36,796 nucleotides of DNA from positions 1 to 36,796 of the IMG/VR virus record IMGVR_UViG_3300037422_000067, one strand, 5' to 3'. A model generated the notes under the pieces. It saw only the letters and a program-made list of their open reading frames with translations. It was not told where the DNA came from and did not search any database. Of the stretch, positions 7,513 through 15,339 are shown piece after piece. Made by a program: the position numbers and the translations under genes. Position 1 is the first letter of the stretch; every line of letters starts with the position of its first letter. This DNA is from a virus (lineage: Duplodnaviria > Caudoviricetes).

Positions 7513-8455
7513 TTGCCACCTCTTTTAATTTCGGTTTTTCGAGCCATTCACCAAAGCCACCACCTTCTTTCGCTTTCGGTTTAACAAATAAGTTTACCTC
7601 GGTTTCATCATCCCACCTAGCTTGTTTTAACCATTTCGCAGGCCATGGAATAAAAGCACCATTGTCTTTTTGCCATTCGGGGGAATTGATCTGTATTTTT
7701 AAATTTGTGATGATTTTGTCATAAAGTTCCTTATTTGGTTTTATGCTTTGCCAAATTTTAAATGCATCAGCCTTTGCTCTCTTCTTTGGATATAAAAACC
7801 AAAAGTCTAAAAACGACGCGTCGGAGACGCGCGCATATAACTTGTTCCCTTCCCTTCCCTTCCCTTCCCCTTGTGCATGCTTAAGTATGTCCGTGACGCG
7901 TGCTGGACGCGTCGAACCCTTGATAGTATTGCATGAGCGGCATAAGACCTGTAAATTATCCAAAGAATCATCTTGACCAAAGACTCTTGGTTCCATATGG
8001 GCAATTGTTAAATCTTCAAGATTACTACATATTTTACATTTATACTGATCGCGCTCAAAAATTTGGCGTCTTAGTTCAGGAGAGACATTTATTGATGATT
8101 GTTTTATAAAATCAATATCTTGTGGTGGTTCTGGCAATTTTGATCTTGTCTCACGGTTATTGATTACTTGATGAGAATGCCAAGTTGGTATTGCCCCAAA
8201 AAATTTATTATGAAATTCATACTTACAAACAAAACCACGCGTCAACAACGCGTTAAGCACGCGTGAAAAATTAACCGAATCGTAGGGTAAAATTTTTACT
8301 CCCAATTCTTGGGGGCGCCATTTAAAACGCCCCTCTCTGTCGGCCGCTGACCAAAGCCCGATAAATGCAATCCTTAGTGGTAATTTAAATTCTTTTTCAG
8401 CAAGGAACAATTCATGATGGGTAAAAAATTCCGGCTTTATTGTCCTTATCCTCAT
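7388..8455 (-). CDS. Phage replication initiator with internal HNH domain
   Basis: N-terminal RIRTIKPEFF...LWSAADREGR; central RRQIFERDQYKCKIC...AHMEP...NLQVLCRSCN.IKG; C-terminal FLDFWFLYPKK.AK..A...FIPWPAKWL..RW.DE. Confidence 0.85.
   Translation of the reverse strand: MRIRTIKPEFFTHHELFLAEKEFKLPLRIAFIGLWSAADREGRFKWRPQELGVKILPYDSVNFSRVLNALLTRGFVCKYEFHNKFFGAIPTWHSHQVINNRETRSKLPEPPQDIDFIKQSSINVSPELRRQIFERDQYKCKICSNLEDLTIAHMEPRVFGQDDSLDNLQVLCRSCNTIKGSTRPARVTDILKHAQGEGKGREGNKLYARVSDASFLDFWFLYPKKRAKADAFKIWQSIKPNKELYDKIITNLKIQINSPEWQKDNGAFIPWPAKWLKQARWDDETEVNLFVKPKAKEGGGFGEWLEKPKLKEVANASGNGATDTTRDKPELGAGASSEQTNSKNDDRTFPRVVGT
7816..8264. repeat. Putative replication-origin iterons: ACGCGT cores at 11-bp spacing, plus a (TTCCC)n tract
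   Basis: ACGCGT at 7816, 7896, 7907, 8237, 8248, 8259 and ACGCGC at 7827; all inside the initiator gene, as in lambdoid origins. Confidence 0.6.
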
Positions 8456-8471
8456 AAGATACCTCTAAAGC

Positions 8472-8504
8472 AAAACGGGGGTATGGTACGATTCCACACC
8501 CCCG
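8472..8504 (-). terminator. Intrinsic terminator-like hairpin just upstream of the replication gene
   Basis: CGGGGGTGTGG-AATCGTA-CCATACCCCCG followed by TTTTGCTTT. Confidence 0.7.
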
Positions 8505-8623
8505 CTGCTAGCGGTGCATGAACTAACGGCGAAGTCAGAATTAGCACCGCAAATTTAGAATGTATTGAATGTTTCGCCGTATAATTCATATTTACTTTTT
8601 ACGCCTCAATATTTACATGTCAA

Positions 8624-8806
8624 CTATTTTTTAACATTCATCCTCTCATTCTCACTTGCCGTCGCTGCTAGCTTTTTAAAGATGTTCAGCATCTCTTCTT
8701 TTGTCGCCTTAGCGAAAGGATACGTCGGCGTCCATTCCCTGCCAAAACCGTATCCCAAAACAAACATTATAAATCCGAAAACTGCGCTAATTATGATTAT
8801 GTCCAT
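8624..8806 (-). CDS. Small membrane protein
   Basis: N-terminal TM helix; AAGGAG RBS. Confidence 0.65.
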   Translation of the reverse strand: MDIIIISAVFGFIMFVLGYGFGREWTPTYPFAKATKEEMLNIFKKLAATASENERMNVKK

Positions 8807-8845
8807 GGCTTACTCCTTTGCCCTCTGCTTTCTTTATGGCAGTTT

Positions 8846-9040
8846 CTAAAATTCTTGTAATAATTCAGGTGCGGCTGCAATTAGGTAGGCATTTGATTCG
8901 GTCATTCCGCCAAAGTTCTGTACAAAAGCAATACTTTCCGCAAAAGTAAGGCCGTGTTGATTTTTAATTTCCATAACAACTTGCATGATTTGGTTTGAAG
9001 ACATGAATACCATCCATGGCCCCGGTGTATGCGAGCTCAT
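8846..9040 (-). CDS. 'HTPGPW...NA.LIAAAPELL' family phage protein, apparently truncated
   Basis: Both signature motifs present; start at 9040 by TAATG coupling. Confidence 0.7.
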   Translation of the reverse strand: MSSHTPGPWMVFMSSNQIMQVVMEIKNQHGLTFAESIAFVQNFGGMTESNAYLIAAAPELLQEF

Positions 9041-9198
9041 TATAAACTCCCCATACATTCTTTAATCAAAATCGGTTTGTACCCAAGAGTATATTTCACA
9101 TGCAAGAAAGCTTTGTAAGGATTTAGCGCCGTGACAAAGATCATGAAAACCGCTCCGAGGGCGTCATTGTCTAAATATTGCACTTCAAATTTTTTCAT
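9040..9198 (-). CDS. 52-aa hypothetical early protein (not in ORF track)
   Basis: MKKFEVQYLDNDALGAVFMIFVTALNPYKAF...MGSL*; AGGAG upstream; its stop overlaps the next ATG. Confidence 0.6.
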   Translation of the reverse strand: MKKFEVQYLDNDALGAVFMIFVTALNPYKAFLHVKYTLGYKPILIKECMGSL

Positions 9199-9370
9199 TT
9201 TCTTTATGCTCCTTTTGATTTAAATTTTCGCACCTAAATACATCCTGGTCTTCACCGGATATTTTGACACTGAGCAATTGGCATTTCTCAAGCATGAGAA
9301 ATTGAGTGTCATCTTCGCTGCCGCATCCAAGTAAGAACATTGCAGCCATAATGAGAAGATAAGATTTCAT
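9185..9370 (-). CDS. Small lipoprotein
   Basis: MKSYLLIMAAMFLLGC-GSEDD lipobox; GAGG RBS; TAATG coupling. Confidence 0.7.
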   Translation of the reverse strand: MKSYLLIMAAMFLLGCGSEDDTQFLMLEKCQLLSVKISGEDQDVFRCENLNQKEHKENEKI

Positions 9371-9471
9371 TATTTTACCTCGCTGCAAATAAGGTTTACC
9401 ATCTCGCCGCCGTCGGCCACATCGTCAAGTAGTTCGATCAGGTCCAGAATCTCGTTAATGATTGTTTCCAT
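9370..9471 (-). CDS. First early gene, 33-aa acidic peptide
   Basis: METIINEILDLIELLDDVADGGEMVNLICSEVK with GAGG RBS just after the promoter. The longer 9573 start would run across the promoter. Confidence 0.5.
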   Translation of the reverse strand: METIINEILDLIELLDDVADGGEMVNLICSEVK

Positions 9472-9502
9472 TTTTACCTCGCCGTTAAATGTTGATATAT
9501 CT

Positions 9503-9531
9503 ATATTACAATGGATGCCAAAGGATGTCAA
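9503..9531 (-). promoter_or_regulatory. Sigma70-type early promoter
   Basis: TTGACA-17 bp-TAATAT upstream of the early operon. Confidence 0.7.
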
Positions 9532-9599
9532 CAACAATCTATCAGCAATGTCAATGGACATAATCACCTCCAAAAAGTGAGTTTATGTCCATGTAATGA

Positions 9600-9612
9600 T
9601 ATCAATAACTTA
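9600..9612 (+). promoter_or_regulatory. IHF-consensus site
   Basis: TATCAATAACTTA matches WATCAANNNNTTR in the control intergenic region. Confidence 0.4.
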
Positions 9613-9656
9613 GATATGTTTTGACAAAAATTGTCACAATGGATTAATAGAAATAA

Positions 9657-9731
9657 GCTCCAAGGGTAGGCTAGATAGTCCGGCCCCAGGACTATACAAC
9701 GCATGTGGCGTACGTTCGCCTACCCCAGAGC
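9657..9731 (-). ncRNA. Structured three-way-junction RNA element/branched terminator at the end of the late operon
   Basis: Long closing stem enclosing two hairpins with 7-nt loops; G-U pairs favour the minus strand; followed by TTATTT. Confidence 0.55.
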
Positions 9732-9732
9732 A

Positions 9733-10107
9733 TCAGGTTGAAGCGGTAACGGCTTGTTTAAGCGTAAACCGAGCATCCACCGCAATAAACTCATCAAGGC
9801 TGGAAAGCTTAACTTTCACGTCGTAAGTATATTCCTTATCGAGAACAGCGCTAGTAAAATCAGTAGTGAGAATCTTGATATCGAGCTCGCCCACGTTGGT
9901 TACTTGGTTAGCTAAAGTTATCCCACTACCAACTGTTTTTTGTAATACGCCTGGATCAGCATCAGTACGTTTTTCTTTTACAGTAAACCAGACGCTTGCC
10001 CCGGTAAGATCAACCAAAGCTTCGGTCTTATCTCTCACCGTGCAGTGAATATTATATTGTTCGCCTTTTCTAACCGTCAAATTATTGTCAGACATTAAAT
10101 CCCCCAA
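9733..10107 (-). CDS. BppU N-terminal-like / Ig-like virion protein
   Basis: VDLTGASVWFTVK...Y.YDVKV...FTLK..VT pattern. Confidence 0.6.
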   Translation of the reverse strand: MGDLMSDNNLTVRKGEQYNIHCTVRDKTEALVDLTGASVWFTVKEKRTDADPGVLQKTVGSGITLANQVTNVGELDIKILTTDFTSAVLDKEYTYDVKVKLSSLDEFIAVDARFTLKQAVTAST

Positions 10108-11108
10108 TACGGCCAGTCATAAGTTAAATTTTTAGCGTAAGCCGCCCCGCACATCATCAAATTGGCGCGACCGGCTGCCGTTTCGCTAAATTCCCTCATG
10201 CCAAATCGAATGCCATTTGCGGGGTTAATCGCGCCCAAAGCATTGAAGTCAACCCCGAAAACTTTACTCATAGTGTATGTAACATTGTCAACTTTAAGAG
10301 TGGGCAAAATTAATGATCTATCGAATACCAATTTTATATGGTGCCATAGATCATCATTGAACATGAATGGTGAAGCGAAGGTTGCCTTAGCTTCATGGAA
10401 AGCAAGAGCATCATCGAATATCAAAACCACCAAAGATGAGGGAGCAAACGCGCCGGCGGTGCTGACAAATATTTGAATACCGGCTTTGAAAGGCGATGCG
10501 GCATCCTGAATGTCATAATCAAAAATATAATAAAACGTATCGACTTGAGATGAAACGCTTTTGATACCGAAATAAAGCTGGAAATCCGATGTCCCTGGTT
10601 TCATCGCTATGTTAACTCCGCCACTAGAATTGCCGTCACCCGCAGTACCAGGTGCGGTATGATGTGATTGAAAACTAGCAGTGTTATTCCAGAAAACCCC
10701 TTTCATATCAGTATTAGGCGGCCCTGGATTCCCGTAGCTGATATTCAGCGAGCCGGTTTTACCTGGTATATAAACATCACCTAGAATTTCACTGATATAA
10801 CTTCCGCAAGCTTTTCCCCAATGCCAAACATCAGTAGCCCCTGACAATGGTGGATAGTAAGATGGAAAAATTTTACAGTGGTCAATCTTTCCATGGAGCT
10901 CAGGCCCGTGCGCGCGCCCGCGCAAGCTTGGCTGATTCATCGTACCACTTAGTTGATTAATTGATGCAATGCCTTTTAGATTTGGCTGATTCATCGTACC
11001 TAAAATATTCGGCTGCATCATAAGTCCTTTGATCGGATGCTCAACTATAGTGGTGCTACCACCACCGCCTGCCGTAGAACCTCCATAGCCTCGCGTGACT
11101 ACAGTCAT
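10095..11108 (-). CDS. Putative fibre with 9-aa repeats and a LamG/concanavalin-like C-terminal domain
   Basis: 'NDDLWHHIKLVFDRS...LKVD' is LamG-like; N-terminal TRGYG and P-x-L-x-G repeats. Confidence 0.6.
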   Translation of the reverse strand: MTVVTRGYGGSTAGGGGSTTIVEHPIKGLMMQPNILGTMNQPNLKGIASINQLSGTMNQPSLRGRAHGPELHGKIDHCKIFPSYYPPLSGATDVWHWGKACGSYISEILGDVYIPGKTGSLNISYGNPGPPNTDMKGVFWNNTASFQSHHTAPGTAGDGNSSGGVNIAMKPGTSDFQLYFGIKSVSSQVDTFYYIFDYDIQDAASPFKAGIQIFVSTAGAFAPSSLVVLIFDDALAFHEAKATFASPFMFNDDLWHHIKLVFDRSLILPTLKVDNVTYTMSKVFGVDFNALGAINPANGIRFGMREFSETAAGRANLMMCGAAYAKNLTYDWPYWGI

Positions 11109-11713
11109 GAAGCATTACCGCGTTTCGCCGGCACTGTTGCCGAGGTTGTAATTGCCGCGCCTGTTTTATCTGTCACGCTTGCCGTTAACAATGGAGTTAC
11201 GGCGTCATCGTCATAGATCACAAGATTGCTGCTCGATCCGTCCGCTAATTCCATGCGGTTAATGAGTGCGGCTTTGATCCGTTTAAGCATAAGTCCGAAA
11301 CTGCCAGCCGCCACAAAGCTTGCGGTCAATGCATTCCAAACCGCTGATGCAATACTTGTCGAACTGAGAGCATCATCAAAATAAATATCATCGAATGTTT
11401 CAAGATCACTAACGCCGTCGTTGTATTTAAAGATGAATTGATATTCGCCTTGTGCGCTCACCGGCGTCGCACTATTCCAGAGGAAACGGTAGATACCTTT
11501 CATGTCGGTATCAGTTCCGTTTAGATCGGTTAGAGTTTGAAACTTCGTTGTCCAGCCAGCGGCTTTAAAAGTATTGTCGGAGAAATCTAAGAATTGATTA
11601 TTGAGTTTGTTGCGCACAGCCGCTGTCACTGTCGCACCGATAATAGGCACGGCGTTGCGCAAAAGCTCCATCTCAATACTTACGTTTGTGTCGCCAACTT
11701 CAAAGTAAAGCAC
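11105..11713 (-). CDS. Putative virion structural protein
   Basis: Beta-rich N-terminus, 'IASAVWNAL...GSFG..L' motif, 'VIYDDD.VTPL' tail. Confidence 0.6.
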   Translation of the reverse strand: MLYFEVGDTNVSIEMELLRNAVPIIGATVTAAVRNKLNNQFLDFSDNTFKAAGWTTKFQTLTDLNGTDTDMKGIYRFLWNSATPVSAQGEYQFIFKYNDGVSDLETFDDIYFDDALSSTSIASAVWNALTASFVAAGSFGLMLKRIKAALINRMELADGSSSNLVIYDDDAVTPLLTASVTDKTGAAITTSATVPAKRGNAS

Positions 11714-12060
11714 TATGATATTCTCCTTCTGAGAGATACTTCTATCCTGGTCGAATCGCTTGGTGAAATATACATATCTTCAATCATATCCGGTGTAATA
11801 GTATTATCTATGGCTGAGATTAATCGAGTTACTAAAAATTGTGCATCGAATTGCACATAACTATTTATGTTTTGTTGAATCGATCCGAAAGTTAAAAACC
11901 CGCTCGAAAAATTCGCCTCCCAAGTAAACGTCGTATCAGGCGATCTTCTTATATCGATAAGATTAGTCGCGTTAATAGCCGGATCAATCGTTTGTAATTG
12001 ATTGATAACCTGAACTTTGGTTGCCCTTAGTATTCTTTGCTGTTCGCGACGAGTTGCCAT
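11713..12060 (-). CDS. Hypothetical protein with internal two-fold repeat
   Basis: ID..I....L.DI..SP.. occurs twice; stop/start coupled. Confidence 0.6.
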   Translation of the reverse strand: MATRREQQRILRATKVQVINQLQTIDPAINATNLIDIRRSPDTTFTWEANFSSGFLTFGSIQQNINSYVQFDAQFLVTRLISAIDNTITPDMIEDMYISPSDSTRIEVSLRRRIS

Positions 12061-12347
12061 TATTCACCGAAACATTCCGTGATAAAATCGCGAAGCTCCA
12101 ATGCTTCTGTTTTAGACCAATACCGTCCCATTTGTTCAATATGAAGTACCGGGTCACCTTTCTCCATGGTGATTATTTTGTCGTCTTTCGGAGTAATGAT
12201 TAAATCTTTTTCCATAATCTTTATGCAAGCGGATAAACGATAACCCTTGCCATCCTTGTCACGATTCGATATAATCATCGATGGTAGATCATTTTTGGTT
12301 TTAATTACCTGTTGTGCTTCTTTAATTATTTCCAGTCTTGTTTTCAC
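12060..12347 (-). CDS. Hypothetical protein
   Basis: GGAGG RBS with GTG start; TAATG coupling. Confidence 0.65.
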   Translation of the reverse strand: MKTRLEIIKEAQQVIKTKNDLPSMIISNRDKDGKGYRLSACIKIMEKDLIITPKDDKIITMEKGDPVLHIEQMGRYWSKTEALELRDFITECFGE

Positions 12348-12624
12348 TGAACACCTCCAAAAGTTTATGGTTATTATAACAACATTGATTCAATATTGCA
12401 TCAGACAACAACTTATGTTTGATCGCATGCATTATCGGCGCGGTGACAAAACCTCCTGATTGATAGTTACACCAATTGTTTTTCCAAAGATGATGGATTT
12501 TGCATTTATAGTCATTGCCAAGATTAGCGCAAGCAATGCCATGACGAGTATAACAGCATTTGCCTTTACAAATTTCAATACAATATCGATCATACAAATT
12601 AAAACTCTTCGATTTCTGTGGCAT
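12322..12624 (-). CDS. Cys-cluster protein (YkgJ/CxxxCxxxCC-like)
   Basis: CIEICKGKCC...ACANL...CKIH...C; probable ATG at 12624. Confidence 0.55.
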   Translation of the reverse strand: MPQKSKSFNLYDRYCIEICKGKCCYTRHGIACANLGNDYKCKIHHLWKNNWCNYQSGGFVTAPIMHAIKHKLLSDAILNQCCYNNHKLLEVFSENKTGNN

Positions 12625-13264
12625 ACAAGTACCTACTATTACCTGTAAGACTAATCCCACTTTCCAGTGATGTATAGGTTTTTAAAAGAACATTTCCCAT
12701 TGCTGAACCTTTCGACGGATCATATTGTCTGATACGACCAGCTTGACTTGCATTGCCAGTAAATATAAAAAGAAAACGTCCATCAAAATGTAAATCATTT
12801 GGACTGGCCGCTACAGTGAAAGTCCCGACTATACTCCCAGTTTTTGGATCAATTTGGCAAACTAGTAAATTGGTAACATCGATTGTCCATAGAAATCTAC
12901 CGTCGCCGGTAAGCCCTGTGTATGTTGAGGCTGGTAAAGAGAAAAAGCCTATGACAGTCTGACTTTTTAAATCAATTTGTCTTAAATTACCTCCTGATAC
13001 CATGGTCCACATATATCTATCATCAGCCCAAAGCCCGACTGCTGTGTGTCCTATACTAAAACCACTCACAAGAAACGGTGGATCAAAAGACGGATCGAAC
13101 CAATGAATTGCAGCGTCTGAAAAATTACTTGCCCATAAAAATCTTGAACCCATATGAATATAAACTTCTCTGTTTGGATTAAGAAAAATCGAATTTTTAA
13201 TTGTAGTTGCAGCTTTAAAATCAATGGTTCTTATCCTGACTCGTCTTTGAGATATAATTGCCAT
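12599..13264 (-). CDS. Beta-propeller repeat protein
   Basis: About 40-aa repeats: GL(T/W).DGRFLW...QIDPK.G..VG.F. Confidence 0.7.
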   Translation of the reverse strand: MAIISQRRVRIRTIDFKAATTIKNSIFLNPNREVYIHMGSRFLWASNFSDAAIHWFDPSFDPPFLVSGFSIGHTAVGLWADDRYMWTMVSGGNLRQIDLKSQTVIGFFSLPASTYTGLTGDGRFLWTIDVTNLLVCQIDPKTGSIVGTFTVAASPNDLHFDGRFLFIFTGNASQAGRIRQYDPSKGSAMGNVLLKTYTSLESGISLTGNSRYLYATEIEEF

Positions 13265-14307
13265 TAATCAAGAACCTCGAAAGCCGCGTCTGCCACTGTA
13301 AAAGTATTGGTAGCGTCGGTTCCGGTTGCTACAACAATCATTCTGGCAAAACTCGCGTTAATCATGAATGGTTCGCATATAAGAAGTGTCCCGTGGGTTG
13401 ATATAGTTGAATCATCAAAACGATATTTTACAAAAGGCCCGACCCGGTAGTCATACCAATTTGAATTGTCATGACTCATCTGCAAGGTAAATTCTATTTC
13501 GGTTGCGGTGTTTGCTTCGGTTACTTCAGCGAGAAATAATCCGCATCTGACTTTACTTATATCAATGCTGGCTGACGTAGCCGTGGTGGTAACATTATCG
13601 TAAGTCGTGTTGATTGCCGTTAGAACCGTATTGGAACGGCGAACGCCTGTAAGTAGATTCTGTTGGTTATCGATATTGAATGACCCGACATAGCCATCTT
13701 CAACGGTGTTTGGTGTCGATCTGAAAACTCCACCGATTTGGACAGGATTACCAACCGCTGCGGCGTCATTAGCGGCCGGTCCTTGAATCCAAATACCACC
13801 GATTGCATCACCTCGCTGTGCATCCCATGTTGCACTGTCAAGAACATAGTTCGCATTAACGACGGCAAGGCCACGCAAAGCTGATGCAGCTAAATTATCG
13901 GAACTTGGGGCCAACACTTCGGCAAGATCAGTTCCGTCGGTAATTTGTATTGGCCAACGATTGGCCATCGTATTTGGAGTTCCTTGATTGCTTGTAACCA
14001 TGCCTGAAACTGTAACAGTGCCACTAACTGCCACGGTCCAGCTACCGCCCTGATTGGCTGTAATTGTACCGCTTATAGGTACCGGCGTTGCTCTAAGTTG
14101 GGTATCGGTTAAAGGACCAGTGACGGCAACCGAACCTGATACTGCTACTGTCCATGAGCCCGATTGAGTGACGGCACCAATAACGTTTGTGCCGGTAGGC
14201 AATGCATCGCCGACGTTAACAACGACATGGCGATTAGCATCGACAAGCCCGTACTTAGGTACGCCACCAGAATCAGAGAATGTTTGTATGATATTTATCC
14301 AAGCCAT
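13264..14307 (-). CDS. Putative virion fibre/structural protein
   Basis: Low-complexity shaft with VTGPLTDTQLRATPVPISGT and repeated QxGSWTVAVSG; C-terminal beta-sandwich-like domain. Confidence 0.6.
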   Translation of the reverse strand: MAWINIIQTFSDSGGVPKYGLVDANRHVVVNVGDALPTGTNVIGAVTQSGSWTVAVSGSVAVTGPLTDTQLRATPVPISGTITANQGGSWTVAVSGTVTVSGMVTSNQGTPNTMANRWPIQITDGTDLAEVLAPSSDNLAASALRGLAVVNANYVLDSATWDAQRGDAIGGIWIQGPAANDAAAVGNPVQIGGVFRSTPNTVEDGYVGSFNIDNQQNLLTGVRRSNTVLTAINTTYDNVTTTATSASIDISKVRCGLFLAEVTEANTATEIEFTLQMSHDNSNWYDYRVGPFVKYRFDDSTISTHGTLLICEPFMINASFARMIVVATGTDATNTFTVADAAFEVLD

Positions 14308-14313
14308 TGTTTA

Positions 14314-14790
14314 TCACTCAACCAGAGATTCCACTATTTCTTGTATTTTCTGTTGATGTGGCACGTAACCGTCCCATTCGCGCACAAGTAGAATTGTTTC
14401 ACTGTCTCTTGTGGGTGGAACTTTTATTTGATAAAACGTGAAAAGGGTTTTCGACGCATCATCGCTGGCGATCACTAAAGCCCTTCTCATCGCATCTATC
14501 GCATACTTGCAGCCGCCCAATAGATTATCGCTGTCAAGTTGTTTGGCGTCTTTGTTGTTATAAGTTCTTATTATCATCACCTCAGCCGGGCAAATCGGTT
14601 GTTTACAATAACCATTCTTGGATATCCCGACGATGTGCTGCATGCCTATGTGTTGGGCCAGTCGTTTGATGATCGACTCATGCCCATACTGCATGCGCAT
14701 ATAACGCAATATTTCATTCAGCGAAGGCGTTGGCTCAATCCTATAGATTTGCCAACGCCTTTCCGCATTCATGGCGACGGCTGCTTGCAT
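14314..14790 (-). CDS. RusA-like Holliday junction resolvase
   Basis: PSLN...LDSDNLLGGCKYAIDAM....IASDD catalytic pattern. Confidence 0.75.
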   Translation of the reverse strand: MQAAVAMNAERRWQIYRIEPTPSLNEILRYMRMQYGHESIIKRLAQHIGMQHIVGISKNGYCKQPICPAEVMIIRTYNNKDAKQLDSDNLLGGCKYAIDAMRRALVIASDDASKTLFTFYQIKVPPTRDSETILLVREWDGYVPHQQKIQEIVESLVE

Positions 14791-14791
14791 T

Positions 14792-14992
14792 TTATTTTAT
14801 GACTGGCTTATTGGCTACCGCGCGTCTTAAGCCGATTAAACCAATGCCTTCCATTATTTTCTGCATAGCTTCTCCCATTGGCAACGCTTGCGCATGTGTC
14901 GGTTCGACGAGATTAATTACCATACCAACAGCGCCTGCGACTAATAAACCAAATCCTGCAAAATATGTGAGATAACCTTTTAAAAAATCCAT
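14792..14992 (-). CDS. Holin-like small two-helix membrane protein
   Basis: LKGYLTY...TM...GIGLIGLRRAV; AGGAGG RBS; in the lysis cluster. Confidence 0.55.
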   Translation of the reverse strand: MDFLKGYLTYFAGFGLLVAGAVGMVINLVEPTHAQALPMGEAMQKIMEGIGLIGLRRAVANKPVIK

Positions 14993-14994
14993 AA

Positions 14995-15339
14995 CTACCT
15001 CCTTGTATAAACTTGAACCACTATTGCACCAAGTGCAAATCCTACAGCAAACCCTAGAATAGTATAACCTAACGCATTATCCGTGCTAAACCCTCCTTTT
15101 ATAATATCCTGTGACCTCCTGAAACATTCATCCGCTTGCTTGCAACAAGCTATTCCTTTGCTTAATTTCCCCGCTAGCACTTCGCGCCCCTGTTGATCGA
15201 AACAAAGCAACGGCTGATCGATTACAGTGCTGCCTGGATTGACTATGAAGCCTTGTTCGTTTGCTTTGGCTTCAGAGCTCGTCCATAAGGTCAGCAATAT
15301 AAGCAGCTTGATCTTTAATGCTTTTGCCTCGTATTTCAT
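14995..15339 (-). CDS. Exported protein with C-terminal Gly-rich TM helix (spanin-like position)
   Basis: Signal-peptide-like N-terminus, four Cys, C-terminal TM; overlaps the 3' end of 15272..15508. Confidence 0.6.
   Translation of the reverse strand: MKYEAKALKIKLLILLTLWTSSEAKANEQGFIVNPGSTVIDQPLLCFDQQGREVLAGKLSKGIACCKQADECFRRSQDIIKGGFSTDNALGYTILGFAVGFALGAIVVQVYTRR

Noticed and set aside
8846-8848. TAG recoding (alternative genetic code)
   Set aside because: TAG ends several intact genes (tail tube, terL, 11713, 17532), and long genes are not fragmented.
9657-9731. tRNA gene
   Set aside because: Only two internal arms, with no T-loop or D-loop consensus and no acceptor CCA end.
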